From assembly GCA_965661285.1 (NCBI GenBank), contig CBFIDD010000001.1:224001-288000 (forward strand): a stretch of DNA of 64,000 nt, given 5' to 3'. The DNA comes from Poseidonia sp. (lineage in GTDB: Archaea; Thermoplasmatota; Poseidoniia; Poseidoniales; Poseidoniaceae). Under the pieces are notes generated by a model. The model had not been told where the DNA came from, did no database searches, and saw nothing but the letters and a program-made list of their open reading frames with translations. The number at the start of each line of letters is the position of its first letter. Position 1 is the first letter of the stretch. Positions 46,828 to 57,502 of this stretch are shown here, piece by piece. The position numbers and the translations under genes were made by a program.

Positions 46828-47556
46828 TCAGACCTCCGGCTTTCTGACCACAAACAGGCGATGGTTGTCCTCATAACCCGTTAACTCAATGGCTTCGTCC
46901 ACCGAATAGCCCGCTTGGTGAAGCCGGTCTTCAACACCCTGGAAAAGCGCCGTTTCCCCTTCGCCGGTCCAGCGTTCACTGGCCGCTTTGAGGGAGAGCA
47001 GACCGGTGCCGCCTGCCTGAAGGAATCGCTCACAGGCTGAAAGGAAAATGTCGACTTGACCGGCTTGTGCGACATCTTGGAAGAGCCACGGTACCTTGGT
47101 GGGCAGCAGCACACCCCATGCAGCATGCTTGCGAGCATCACCGAGGACGGGTACCAAACCCGGCCGCCCCTTGGCCATGAAGGTCAAGTCCCGAAGGCAT
47201 CGAGGCGCCAAATCAACGCAAACCAGTCGCCCACCGAACCGATTTTCACTCCCGCAGAGATGGTCGTAGAGATGACTGACCGACGTACCGTGGCCTGCCC
47301 CGAGGTAGAGCACGGTCTCACCTTGCACCGGCAAAAGGTGGGCGGGGTCGCCCTTGGTGCGCAGCATACCGGCACCTAATTTCGAGCGACTCGGGTCCCA
47401 GCGACGGTGTTCCTTCCCCGAAAACCGTCGAAGTGATTCCCCGTACACCGCCTGGCCAGGAACAGCGTTGCGTGTCCAAAGCGTACGGCGGTCGAGGCGA
47501 ACCGTTGAGGAGAGTTGTTGCGGGCCACGCTGGCGGCGCTTCTTTCCTCCACCCAT
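46828..47556 (-). CDS. flpA: Fibrillarin-like rRNA 2'-O-methyltransferase
   Basis: VYGE, RWDPSRSKLGA, VLYLGAGHGTSVSH, QDVAQ. Confidence 0.92.
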   Translation of the reverse strand: MGGGKKRRQRGPQQLSSTVRLDRRTLWTRNAVPGQAVYGESLRRFSGKEHRRWDPSRSKLGAGMLRTKGDPAHLLPVQGETVLYLGAGHGTSVSHLYDHLCGSENRFGGRLVCVDLAPRCLRDLTFMAKGRPGLVPVLGDARKHAAWGVLLPTKVPWLFQDVAQAGQVDIFLSACERFLQAGGTGLLSLKAASERWTGEGETALFQGVEDRLHQAGYSVDEAIELTGYEDNHRLFVVRKPEV

Positions 47557-47568
47557 GATGTCAGCCCC

Positions 47569-48576
47569 TCAACGCCGAGACGGTGGTTGCTTGTTCGCTT
47601 CGCGAAGTGCTTCCACGCGCGCCTCCACCTTCGCCACGTCATCTTCGCCCCAAGGCTCACCCTCGAACGCGTCAATTTTTGCAGCGATGCTGATTTTTCC
47701 AGCGAGCATCCGGGCGATTTTTCCACGTACCCAGCGAGGGGAACGGCTGATCCACGGATGCATGAAGATATGGCCGTGCTTGGGCGAGGGGGCACCCGTT
47801 TTGAGATGGTGGAAAAACGCCTTCTCCGCCCCCAAAATCTGAACCGTTCCCGAAGGGAGGCGGGCCAGTCGTGCTCGGCCGTGGGCTTCAACGCAGAGGC
47901 GAGCGGCAAGAAGGGGGCCAACAAGCGCAGAGACCGAGGGCAGGTGTTCTTCGGCCAGCCAGCGCAGTGCGTTCTCCATCCGGTCCAGTCGACCGTTGGC
48001 TTGGGCTGCGTTTTCTGCCCATTCCACGAGGGAGTTCCATTCCTTTTGTGAAGGAAGTTCAGCTGGGACCTCGATGTCCATGGCTTCAGCAAAGGCGGCC
48101 GGTTCCTTACTCTGAGTGACGGTGCGCACGTAGGCTGCACGGTCGGTGACCGTGGTCATCGGGAAAAACAACCCCGCCCACTCGATGAGTCGGGATTCCA
48201 TGGTCAAATGACTCGCCCGCAGTTCATCGCTACCACGCACCAGATGTTCCAAGCGACGGTCGGGGTCGTTGGCAGCGGCTTGCACGCCCTCAACGGCCAG
48301 GCGCAGGGCGGCTGCGTCGGCCACGGCCTGTTGCTCGGCTGTCGGCACTGGATAGGACGCATCGGGGAGTCGGGGGTCACCGTGGACGCACAGCACCGCC
48401 TCGGGGAAGCGCTGCTTCAATTCCTCTGCTTCTCGTACGGGCTGCCCAGCAGCGATGCGCCGCAGGCGCTCAACGGCGGCATGCTCGGTCATGTGACCGC
48501 CCCATTCGAGGGCATCAACGATGTTGCCGTGCTCGTCCACGACGGCCGCAGCCCGCCAGTCGTACCACAACCACAT
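47569..48576 (-). CDS. Nop5 (Nop56/58) box C/D RNP protein
   Basis: LARLPSGTVQILGAEKAFF, PKHGHIF, RGKIARMLA; adjacent to fibrillarin. Confidence 0.92.
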   Translation of the reverse strand: MWLWYDWRAAAVVDEHGNIVDALEWGGHMTEHAAVERLRRIAAGQPVREAEELKQRFPEAVLCVHGDPRLPDASYPVPTAEQQAVADAAALRLAVEGVQAAANDPDRRLEHLVRGSDELRASHLTMESRLIEWAGLFFPMTTVTDRAAYVRTVTQSKEPAAFAEAMDIEVPAELPSQKEWNSLVEWAENAAQANGRLDRMENALRWLAEEHLPSVSALVGPLLAARLCVEAHGRARLARLPSGTVQILGAEKAFFHHLKTGAPSPKHGHIFMHPWISRSPRWVRGKIARMLAGKISIAAKIDAFEGEPWGEDDVAKVEARVEALREANKQPPSRR

Positions 48577-48693
48577 AGGCGACCCTCGGAGCGGTTGATT
48601 TTGACCCTTGCCCTCCACCACAGGCCAGAAAAAGTGGAACGGTGATTCAGCGTTTATAACCAACCTAATATAGGCGCAATTGGAGGCTACCCC

Positions 48694-49044
48694 ATGTTTT
48701 GCCCCAAGTGTGGAACCTTATCCTTCCCTACACCCGCTGGTGACATCTCCTGTACGAATTACAAGTGTGGGTACAACGGGCCAGCCAAACTGAAAGCCAA
48801 AATCGGTGGCAAAGAGGTGGACTTGTCCAAGGCAAGCTCAAGCACAAAGGTGGAGTCTCGAGACTTTGAAATCATCAAAGATTCCGACAACATGCAAGGG
48901 ATTCTGACGACGGGCGACTACATGTGCCCGAAATGCGATTGTATGGAAGTCTACGCCTACCTCGAACAAACCCGGTCGTCGGATGAACCTGAAACTCGGA
49001 TGTTGACCTGCAAAGACTGCGGGAACGGTTGGCGCGAGTACTGA
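48694..49044 (+). CDS. tfs: Transcription factor S (TFS/RpoM family)
   Basis: MFCPKCG; CPKC...QTRSSDEP...CKDCG.GWRE. Confidence 0.9.
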   Translation: MFCPKCGTLSFPTPAGDISCTNYKCGYNGPAKLKAKIGGKEVDLSKASSSTKVESRDFEIIKDSDNMQGILTTGDYMCPKCDCMEVYAYLEQTRSSDEPETRMLTCKDCGNGWREY

Positions 49045-49046
49045 AA

Positions 49047-49787
49047 TCAGTAGTCGGATTCCACACGTGGCGCCAGGAAGTACAGCACTTCAGCCGCTCC
49101 GTCGTTGAAGGTGAATTCAAGGCTGAGCGGGAAGCTTTCGCCGAAGCCCAGTTTGACGGTGCCCAGCGAGCCGAACACCTTTGACAGCGGCACGAGGTAG
49201 GTCAAGGAGTATTGACTTCGGGCGGGTTTGGAGCAGTTGAGCGACTCCAATTCGTCCTTCGAAAAGCTGACCGTGACCGAGTCGGTTTGGCCCTGGACGT
49301 GGACGGTGAAGTCGTTGGCGTCAATGCTGAACGTCACCAAATCGCCGACCTGCTTGGCTGCTCGTAGTGCTTGAGCAAGGGAGGCCCCGTTGATCTCAAT
49401 CGAGGAGGGGATGTCGATGTTGGGCAGGTTGGGCGAGGTGACCGTGCTCGGGTCCAACGGTCGAATGTTTCGATCAATCTTGCCGAGGTTCAGCGTCAAC
49501 ACGCCAGAATCCTTGGTGTAGGCCATTTCAATCAAATCGTCGGCGCCGCCCAAACTGATGAGTTCCTTCACTTTGCGCAACTCCAGAGCGAGGTCGTTTT
49601 CCTCGATCTCCCACGTGTCAAAGGCGGCAGCGTCGACCTTCATGTCGATCATCGCAACGTGCGATGCATCAACCACCGTGGCCTTCATTTGGTTTTCTTT
49701 GAACTCGAAGCGTGCGTCCTCGACGACCACGCCCAAAGTTTCTACAATCTTGTTCATCAAGTCCTGTCGGGCTGTGACGTTCAACAT
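49047..49787 (-). CDS. pcn: DNA polymerase sliding clamp PCNA
   Basis: VDASHVAMID, YSLTYL, YFLAPRVE. Confidence 0.93.
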   Translation of the reverse strand: MLNVTARQDLMNKIVETLGVVVEDARFEFKENQMKATVVDASHVAMIDMKVDAAAFDTWEIEENDLALELRKVKELISLGGADDLIEMAYTKDSGVLTLNLGKIDRNIRPLDPSTVTSPNLPNIDIPSSIEINGASLAQALRAAKQVGDLVTFSIDANDFTVHVQGQTDSVTVSFSKDELESLNCSKPARSQYSLTYLVPLSKVFGSLGTVKLGFGESFPLSLEFTFNDGAAEVLYFLAPRVESDY

Positions 49788-49964
49788 GAGTTCATCCCTC
49801 TCTGCATCAAAAGCCCACCGCGACGGCTTATGAACTTAGCACAAACGCAAGCATGAACGGACGCGTTCGTGCGCGGTTCTAATCACCCACGTAATTCTCC
49901 GCGCATGGCGCTTGTGCGTCAGGTTTCCCTTGATTTCTTATGAGGCGGGCGTGTGGCCTGTTCC

Positions 49965-51101
49965 ATGGGCGAAGGTGAAACCGTCCCCGTTTTGCTCAAA
50001 GAGGACGGGACGCCGTACAAGACGGCCGTGCTGATTCCCACCATCAACAACGCCGATGAACTCGACATCGTCCTCGAGCGCCTCGGCAAGCAAACCTACC
50101 CGCATTTTGAGATCGTCATCTCCGACTCCAAGTCCAAGGACCACACCAAGGCTGTGTGCGAGAAGCACGGCGCCACGTGGATTGACGACCCGTCCCGCAA
50201 CCGTGCCGATGCGTGTAACTTTGCTCTACGCCAAATGGACCACGACCTCGTGTTGTTCACCGACGACGACACCGTCCCGCCCTTGGACTGGGTGGCCAAA
50301 CTCGTGCGATGGTTCGACAACCCCGAGGTCGGCGCCGTGGGCGGCCCCAATTTCGCTCCCGACGACGATCCGTTCGGGGCCAAGTGCGCTGACGTGGCGT
50401 TCTGCACGAAATTCATGACCGCCGGAACACGATACGGTGCCCAGCCGAAGGGTGAACTCGTGCCCATCACCCACAACCCGGGCGTCAACTGCGCTCACCG
50501 CATGGCCAACCTGCGAGAAGTGGATTTCTTTGAGGAAGGCTGCATCGGCGCCGAGGACGTGGTGCTCGACGCCAAGATTCAACGCAAGGGCCACAAGTTG
50601 TTCATCGACCCTTCCAACGTGATGCCCCATCGCCGCCGACGTCCGTTCAAACCCTACATGAAGCAGATGCGAAACTACGGTTACACCCGCATGGTCGCCA
50701 ACAAGCGTTGGCCCGAAATCGCCACCTGGTCGCACACGGCCATCGGGTTCTTCCCGCCACTCGTGGTCCTGGCACTCGCCGCGATGCTCTACGGCGGCCT
50801 GTCGGGTGGTGCTGAAGCCGACCTTTGGTTCACGCTCGCCGGTGATTGGAACCTCGCCCGCATCGCCTTCCACATCCCTTTGGGACTGGTGTGCGCCTAC
50901 ATCGCCATCTCGTGGTTGGGCGCCGCCATCGGCACCTCGCCCCATCGCTCCCTCGGTACCGTGTTTCTCGCGCCACTCTTCGTTTTCCTCGCACAGTGGG
51001 CTTACGGTCAGGGCGTCATCAAAGCCTGGCGTGAAATTCGTCAAACCGGTGGACGGGCTGGCGAAGGCGCCCAAATCGACGACAGGGTCCGAACCGCTTG
51101 A
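49965..51101 (+). CDS. Glycosyltransferase family 2 with C-terminal TMs
   Basis: IPTIN, DSKSKDHT, FTDDD, AEDV. Confidence 0.88.
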   Translation: MGEGETVPVLLKEDGTPYKTAVLIPTINNADELDIVLERLGKQTYPHFEIVISDSKSKDHTKAVCEKHGATWIDDPSRNRADACNFALRQMDHDLVLFTDDDTVPPLDWVAKLVRWFDNPEVGAVGGPNFAPDDDPFGAKCADVAFCTKFMTAGTRYGAQPKGELVPITHNPGVNCAHRMANLREVDFFEEGCIGAEDVVLDAKIQRKGHKLFIDPSNVMPHRRRRPFKPYMKQMRNYGYTRMVANKRWPEIATWSHTAIGFFPPLVVLALAAMLYGGLSGGAEADLWFTLAGDWNLARIAFHIPLGLVCAYIAISWLGAAIGTSPHRSLGTVFLAPLFVFLAQWAYGQGVIKAWREIRQTGGRAGEGAQIDDRVRTA

Positions 51102-51179
51102 GCACCGACGCTGTGAAAGAGGCTCGGCTACCGCCTCAGCAGTGCGAAATTTCATGACGGCGTTCAGATTCTCTCGCTC

Positions 51180-51479
51180 ATGGCCCGACCGTCCCTCGCT
51201 GAACGCCTGTCAGCGATGGACCAGCCCTACCATGCCAACGACGCCGATGCGATTTGGGGCTCCGTGCGCCCGTTGCTGGTGCTCGGGCGCATTGTGATGG
51301 TGGGTTTGATCATCGTCATCGGTGAAGTGTTTGACGACGTGCGCTTGGTAGGATTGACCATTGGCGTGTGGGCCCTCATCCTCGGCATACCCCTGTTTTT
51401 GTTGATGTCCATGGTCATCACTTACGGTGACCGGTTCGTGAACAAAACCGGTGAAGGAACCGAAGATTCAACCCCTTAG
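51180..51479 (+). CDS. Small two-TM hypothetical protein
   Basis: Two hydrophobic helices; fills intergenic gap. Confidence 0.7.
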   Translation: MARPSLAERLSAMDQPYHANDADAIWGSVRPLLVLGRIVMVGLIIVIGEVFDDVRLVGLTIGVWALILGIPLFLLMSMVITYGDRFVNKTGEGTEDSTP

Positions 51480-51520
51480 AAGAGACGAAGGATGAAAAGG
51501 AAAGCACACGATTTCTAACC

Positions 51521-54016
51521 ATGCGCCAAGGTGCTGCAGTGCTGGTGGTCTTTCTCCTCCTCGCTTTAGCGCCGCTCTCTCTGGTCAACGCCAAGGACGA
51601 CGGCATCTACAATCGGTCCAACGGTTGCGGATGTCATGGCGGCTCAGGCAGCGTCACGGCGCAATTGACGGGGCTGCCCACCGCCTACACCCCCTCAACC
51701 ACCTACAGCCTGACCGTTGCGATGAGCACATCACCCAACACCGGCGGATTCAACCTCGAAGTGAACAGGGGTGCCCTGTCCAACCCCGGCCCCAACGCCC
51801 AAGTGTCCTCCAACGGATTCCAAGCCACCCACGGTTTTTCCCCGGGCACCACCTCGTGGACCGTGCAGTGGACCGCGCCCGCCAGCGGGTCGGGCGTTGC
51901 GCTGTTTGACCTCGCCGTGCTTTCAGCCAACGGCAACGGCGGCACCAGCGGCGACATCTACGACACCCTGTCCATTTCCGTGGGTGAAGACATCAACGCC
52001 AATGCGCCCCCGACCGCGTCCGAACTCACCATCAGCCCCAGCACCCCCCTCACGGGCGACGACCTCACGCTCACCTACGCCTACACCGACGAAGACGGGG
52101 ACGCCGAAAGCGGCACCGTGGTGGCCTGGCACCTCAACGGCGTGGCCGTACCGGGACAGACATCCCTGACCCTTCCAGCATCAGCGACCACGAAAGGCGA
52201 TGCGTGGCATGCCGTGGTCACCCCCTCGGATGGCGAAGATGCTGGGGCCTCGGTGGCTTCGAGTTCCGTTGTGGTCGCCAACACTGCACCAGAGGTGGTC
52301 GCCATCGACGTCAGCAGCGAATCCCCGGACACCAACGACGATGTGTCGTTCACCTTCCAAACCGCCGATGCCGACGGCGATACCATCACCGCATCCGAGG
52401 CTCGATGGTTGTTGGACGGCGCCGTCGTATCCTCCCTCGACAACGCCAGCACCCTCCCCGCCGTGGCCTCGCGTGCTGGCGACATCTGGACCGTGGAGGT
52501 TCGGGTTTCCGACAGCGAGGACTTCTCTGCTTGGTTCGCTTCCGCCGATGTGCTCGTCGGGTCGAGTAACCAACCTCCGGTGGTCAGTGACGTGATGGTT
52601 GGGCCGGAAGGCGCCACCAGCCTCGACGAATTAACCGCCAATTGGACAGCATCGGATGCTGACGGCGACGCTCTGGTCCGAACCGAGCTGATGTGGATGA
52701 AGGACGGCGTCCATCAAGCCGAACTCGACGATGTGAATCCTCTCCCGTCATCATACACGGCGAAAGGGGAAGCCTGGACCGCCGTTGTACGGGTCTCGGA
52801 CGGCGAGGCTTGGTCTCCGACTACCAGCAGTGAGGCGCGCGTGGTCGCCAATGCTGCGCCAACCGTGCTGAACGCTCATCTCATTTCGCCCTCGTTCAGT
52901 GCGCTTCACCCGTTGACCGTGAAGTTGACGACCGATGATGTGGATGGCGATGATGTCGACGTGGCCGCTGTCCGCTGGCACCTGAACGGTGTCGAACAAA
53001 GCGATGGCATCGACAGTCTCGTCTTGAACGCCACCCATCTTCGGCGAAGCGATGCGTGGCATGCGGTCATCACCGTTGATGACGGCATCGACCAGTCCAC
53101 CTTCACCACCGATGCTGTCGTTGTTCTCAACGCCGCACCGCAGGTTGACATCGAGTGGCCTGCAGACGCCAATTCCCTGGTTGATTTGGCTCCCACCATC
53201 CAGGTTCTCGACCTCGATGGTGACGCCACTTCGATGACCACGACATGGTACAAGAACGGGTTCCGAGATGCCGGACAGACCAACGCCTCCTCGGTGGAAG
53301 CAGCAAAACTCGCACCCAACCAAGACTGGCGGCTGGTCGTCGAGGTGTCGGACGGGGAACTCACGACGGTGAGCGAGGCGAGCATCGTCCTCATGAACCT
53401 CGAACCGGTTGCGGACATCGGCGTAGCTTCCTCCCATGTGTGGTACAACGAAACCACCGTGCTGTCCGCTGAAGCCTCGAGCGACAGCGACGGAACGCTT
53501 GTTGAATACGCATGGTCGTGGAACGGCGGCGTTGCACGAGGCGCGACCGTCGCCTTGGTCCTCACCGAAGACACCGAAGTTCGATTGGTGGTCAGCGACG
53601 ACTCGGGTGCCAGCGATGAAACCACCCTGCTTGTTGAGGTCGAGGCCGGACCGACGGTACAGAACCTTCGCCTGGTCAACGACGGGGCCGGGAACATCGA
53701 CCTCGCGTGGGCGTGGCCCGGCGACGAGGTGACGTTCAACATCCTGCGCAACGGCGAGCCGATCGCCACCACGAGCAGCCCCGCCTATCGAGACCAACCC
53801 CCCATGAGCGGGGTCAACACCTACGCCGTTCAGCCCGTCAACGACGAGCGCGTGTTCCTCAACGGCATGGACACGATTTCGACCTCGGTGGAGCCCGTTG
53901 TTGTTGAGGCTCCCGGTCCGGCAACAGGCCTCGGGCTCAGCCTTGGTGGCCTGATGTTGCTGGCGCTCGTGGCCGCACCGTTGCTCGGAAAACGGGAAGG
54001 AGGTGCGTTGGAATGA
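51521..54016 (+). CDS. Surface protein: reeler-like N-domain with CGCH motif, Ig-like repeats, PKD-like domain, C-terminal TM
   Basis: Signal peptide, GCGCHG, WTAP..GSG, repeated N.PP...D.DGD...W, SSDSDG..Y.W. Confidence 0.8.
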   Translation: MRQGAAVLVVFLLLALAPLSLVNAKDDGIYNRSNGCGCHGGSGSVTAQLTGLPTAYTPSTTYSLTVAMSTSPNTGGFNLEVNRGALSNPGPNAQVSSNGFQATHGFSPGTTSWTVQWTAPASGSGVALFDLAVLSANGNGGTSGDIYDTLSISVGEDINANAPPTASELTISPSTPLTGDDLTLTYAYTDEDGDAESGTVVAWHLNGVAVPGQTSLTLPASATTKGDAWHAVVTPSDGEDAGASVASSSVVVANTAPEVVAIDVSSESPDTNDDVSFTFQTADADGDTITASEARWLLDGAVVSSLDNASTLPAVASRAGDIWTVEVRVSDSEDFSAWFASADVLVGSSNQPPVVSDVMVGPEGATSLDELTANWTASDADGDALVRTELMWMKDGVHQAELDDVNPLPSSYTAKGEAWTAVVRVSDGEAWSPTTSSEARVVANAAPTVLNAHLISPSFSALHPLTVKLTTDDVDGDDVDVAAVRWHLNGVEQSDGIDSLVLNATHLRRSDAWHAVITVDDGIDQSTFTTDAVVVLNAAPQVDIEWPADANSLVDLAPTIQVLDLDGDATSMTTTWYKNGFRDAGQTNASSVEAAKLAPNQDWRLVVEVSDGELTTVSEASIVLMNLEPVADIGVASSHVWYNETTVLSAEASSDSDGTLVEYAWSWNGGVARGATVALVLTEDTEVRLVVSDDSGASDETTLLVEVEAGPTVQNLRLVNDGAGNIDLAWAWPGDEVTFNILRNGEPIATTSSPAYRDQPPMSGVNTYAVQPVNDERVFLNGMDTISTSVEPVVVEAPGPATGLGLSLGGLMLLALVAAPLLGKREGGALE

Positions 54017-54984
54017 GACGCTTGTCGGTGCTGGCTTTGGTGCTGGCCTTGTTGATGGCGCCCACCTTCGGGTCAGCCAACCCCAACGGTGTCGGGTCGG
54101 GCACCTTTGATGCCCAATGCGGCGGAGCATGCCACGGCGACGCCGATATGAATCGCTCCTCCTCCGCTTCGGTGTCGGTTCACGCACCCAGCATCGCCTA
54201 CGAGGGATTGCTCACCAGCGTCTCCGTCACCGTCTCCAACATCGAGACCACCCAAACCGGCTTGCTCGGTTTCTTCCTTCTCTCCGACCTCAGCGGTGCC
54301 GAAGATACGCCAGCGGATGCAGGGTGGACCATCGTTTCCAACAGCGAAGGCGGAAGCGAGAACTACGTCGAAGCCACGATTGCTCCCGGACAGACCGAGC
54401 ACACCGTTCACTGGACGCTGCGCGCCCCGCAGGTCGGCACAGCCACGCTCTACGCCGCCATCCATCACGGCACTGAGGACGGCAGCGAAGCCCCGTTCTT
54501 CGGAGCCTCAACACAACCGGCGACCGTTGAGGTTCGCGAGGTCCCCGAAAACCTCCCCCGTCTTGCTGCAGACTTCGAGCCGCCGGTGCGAAGAGATGTG
54601 GGCAAGTCCACCATGCTACGCCTACCAACCGAGGACGTCTCCGCCGTTTCGGTTGAATGGCGGATTGCCGGTGGAGAGGTTAGGGCCGCTTCGGTTTCAT
54701 CGGTTGATGAGGCCGTCTGGGCGCTTGAACTTCCAGCCAGTCTTCAACCGGTTCAACTGGAATGGCGAGCGGTCCTGAAAGGGGAAGGCCCCGCACAGAC
54801 GACCCCGTGGTTCCAACTCCAAAGCGATGAGCCTGCCTGGACGGTGGATGAAACCGCAGCCTATGTCCAATCCTTTGCCATGCTTCTGGTGTTCATGGTC
54901 GCCTTCCTGTCCCTCCAGCGGCAGCCCATCGATGGGCCAAAGGCGTTCGATGACGCCTTCCTTGACGACGAGGTGATGGACTGA
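54013..54984 (+). CDS. Surface protein with reeler-like domain and CGGACH motif
   Basis: ATGA overlap; signal peptide, CGGACHG, WTLRAP, C-terminal TM. Confidence 0.75.
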   Translation: MRRLSVLALVLALLMAPTFGSANPNGVGSGTFDAQCGGACHGDADMNRSSSASVSVHAPSIAYEGLLTSVSVTVSNIETTQTGLLGFFLLSDLSGAEDTPADAGWTIVSNSEGGSENYVEATIAPGQTEHTVHWTLRAPQVGTATLYAAIHHGTEDGSEAPFFGASTQPATVEVREVPENLPRLAADFEPPVRRDVGKSTMLRLPTEDVSAVSVEWRIAGGEVRAASVSSVDEAVWALELPASLQPVQLEWRAVLKGEGPAQTTPWFQLQSDEPAWTVDETAAYVQSFAMLLVFMVAFLSLQRQPIDGPKAFDDAFLDDEVMD

Positions 54985-55544
54985 TGGTGTCGGCAGCGAC
55001 CCTTCACGTGGTCACGACCGAACTGGCCGTTGGCTCCTACGCTCTGGCCGGCCTTGGCTTTCTTCTCGCTGGCCTCGCCAGTCATGGATGGCTTGGCATG
55101 AAACGACATCTGCAACTCGCAGACCATGTCGCTCACTTCGCCTTGGCGTTCGGACTGCTTGCACTCCCCTTCGCCATCATTACCGGCATTCAGTCCAGTC
55201 CGGGCGAGGGCATCGACCACCCCTTGCTCATCAACAAGATGCTCCTCGGCTCGTCCGCCTTTGGGCTTGCCCTCGGTGTGCTCTTCGCTCGTCGGGCCCA
55301 CGGCGCTGGCATCTGGCATCGTGCTGCTGGACGACGATGGCAGACGCTCGGTGGATTGGCTGCGGTGGGTATGGTGCTCTTGACCGCTTCACTGGGTGGC
55401 ACTTTCACTCGGGGTGAATCGCTGTTGTCGTGGCTGCCGATGTCCTTTGACAGCGTTCCCTTGATGCCGATGTGGTTCTCGGGATTGCTGGTCATCACGG
55501 CCCTGGTGAACCTCGGCCTGATGCGCAGAGCGAACTCAGCGTGA
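54984..55544 (+). CDS. Membrane protein, DUF2231-like
   Basis: TGATG overlap; ~5 TMs; LHVVTTELAVG and TASLGG pattern (family call tentative). Confidence 0.6.
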   Translation: MVSAATLHVVTTELAVGSYALAGLGFLLAGLASHGWLGMKRHLQLADHVAHFALAFGLLALPFAIITGIQSSPGEGIDHPLLINKMLLGSSAFGLALGVLFARRAHGAGIWHRAAGRRWQTLGGLAAVGMVLLTASLGGTFTRGESLLSWLPMSFDSVPLMPMWFSGLLVITALVNLGLMRRANSA

Positions 55545-57398
55545 TCACAGGCCCGCCATATCGCCGGTTTGAATGGTCCACTGGCTGGCATACACACCGC
55601 CCGACGCCACCAAATCATCGTGCAAGCCTCGCTCGACGATGGCGCCGTCAACCATGGAGAGAATTTCGTTGGCGTTGCGAATGGTGCTCAAGCGGTGAGC
55701 AACGGCGATGGTGGCTCGTTCCTTGCCAGAAGAGAGAAGATTCTCCTGAATGCGACGTTCGGTTTCGGCGTCCAAGGCGCTGCTGGCCTCGTCGAGGATG
55801 AGCAGACTTGGAGCCTTCAAAATGGCACGAGCAAGCGAAACACGTGCACGCTGCCCTCCACTAAGCATGGCGCCACGGTCACCGACCATGGTGTTGACAC
55901 CGTCTTCCAATTCTTGGACGAAATCCCATGCGCCGGCCATTTTGAGCGCTTCAACGAGTTGGTCCTCGCTGGCCTCTTGGTTGTAGACGACGTTGTCCTT
56001 GACGCTGCCGTAGAACAAGAAGGGGTCCTGACTCACGAAACCGATGGCTTCGCGCAGCGAGTACAGCGTGAAGTCGGTAATGGGGCGGCCGTTGACCAGC
56101 ACGTCGCCACTGTCAGGCGTGTAGTATCGCATCAAGAGTTTGAGAATCGTCGTTTTACCCGCACCGGTGTGGCCCATAACGCCGAGGAACTCACCCTCGC
56201 TGAGCTTGAAGGAAATGCCGTTCAGGACCTTGATGGTGGTGTTGGGGTAGGTGAAGTACACATCGCTGAATTCAACGGTTTTGATGCCGCCTTCCAGCTC
56301 GATGGCGTTCTCGTCGTCAACGATGGTCGGCTCGAGGTCGATGGCAGCAAACACCCGACGAGCAGCAGCCTCGCCGCGTTGAAGTTGGTTGACGAGGATG
56401 CCGAAGATGAACATCGGCATGGTCATGCGCGTGCTGATGAGCAGGAAGGTGACCAGTTGACCGGTGGTGATGTCCCCTTCACTCGCAAGGTAGCCACCGC
56501 CTGTCACGAGCAAACCGAAGGCCACACCTGCCGTGGCGTAAATCATCGGAATGAAGCGATTGCGGTCTTTGCTCGCGCCCATGGCTTGGTCCCGGTAGGA
56601 GCCCGACTCGGAGGCGACGCGGTCAGCCTCCCACGATTCAGCGTTGTAGGCCTGGACTACGGCGATACCTGAAATGAGGTTTTCAAGAACGGCGTGGATG
56701 TCCCCGGTCGATTCCCGTTGCTTCCGGTACTTTCGCTGTACACGGGTCGAAAACCAATAAACAGCGGGCACGATGAACAAGATGGGCGTGAACAACACGG
56801 CCGCCAACCTCCACGACATCAGCACGAGGATGAGAAAGGCGGTGGCAAAGGTGATGATGATTCGGATGATCGAGGTGGATGAATCCGATACCACGTCTTC
56901 GAGTTGGTTGACGTCGCTTGAGAGCACAGACATGATTTGCCCTGTTTGCCTCAAATCGTAATAGGAGGCTTCCATGGCGATCAGCGACCGCGTGGCGTCC
57001 ATCCGAAGATCGTGTTGGATGTTGTAGCCAAGGGTCTGCCAGGCGTACTCCGAGATGCCTTGGAACACAGCCAAACAGAGGAACCCGAGGAAGATAAGCA
57101 CCCCATAACCGATGGCGGGATTGCTGTGGAGCGTGGTCACGGCGTCCTGAACGATTTGAGGTCCAGAGAGCATATCGGTGGTGAAATAATCCACCGCCAG
57201 TCCGATGGCGACGAAGGGCATGAGGTCAAAGAAACGAGCAGCAGCGTTGGCGAAAATGCCCGTAAGGGCCCGTTTTGGGTATTTCTTGGCGTAGGGAACA
57301 ACACGCCAAATCTGTCTTCCAAGAACGTCAGCGCCCTTGTTGATGTCTTCGGGAGACATCTTGTCGCTGTTGGCTTTTGCAGCGTGGGCCCTCGTCAT
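55545..57398 (-). CDS. ABC exporter, fused TMD-NBD (MsbA-like)
   Basis: 6 TMs, GHTGAGKTT, LSGGQR, LDEASSALD, AHRLST. Confidence 0.93.
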   Translation of the reverse strand: MTRAHAAKANSDKMSPEDINKGADVLGRQIWRVVPYAKKYPKRALTGIFANAAARFFDLMPFVAIGLAVDYFTTDMLSGPQIVQDAVTTLHSNPAIGYGVLIFLGFLCLAVFQGISEYAWQTLGYNIQHDLRMDATRSLIAMEASYYDLRQTGQIMSVLSSDVNQLEDVVSDSSTSIIRIIITFATAFLILVLMSWRLAAVLFTPILFIVPAVYWFSTRVQRKYRKQRESTGDIHAVLENLISGIAVVQAYNAESWEADRVASESGSYRDQAMGASKDRNRFIPMIYATAGVAFGLLVTGGGYLASEGDITTGQLVTFLLISTRMTMPMFIFGILVNQLQRGEAAARRVFAAIDLEPTIVDDENAIELEGGIKTVEFSDVYFTYPNTTIKVLNGISFKLSEGEFLGVMGHTGAGKTTILKLLMRYYTPDSGDVLVNGRPITDFTLYSLREAIGFVSQDPFLFYGSVKDNVVYNQEASEDQLVEALKMAGAWDFVQELEDGVNTMVGDRGAMLSGGQRARVSLARAILKAPSLLILDEASSALDAETERRIQENLLSSGKERATIAVAHRLSTIRNANEILSMVDGAIVERGLHDDLVASGGVYASQWTIQTGDMAGL

Positions 57399-57502
57399 GT
57401 CTGCGTGGCAATGACCGAGACTCTTGAACCCTCGCGAGACGAGCAAGGTTGGGCTGACCGTTCAACCAATCTTTGATGAGGTTCTCCGGTTTGGTTCGTC
57501 TC

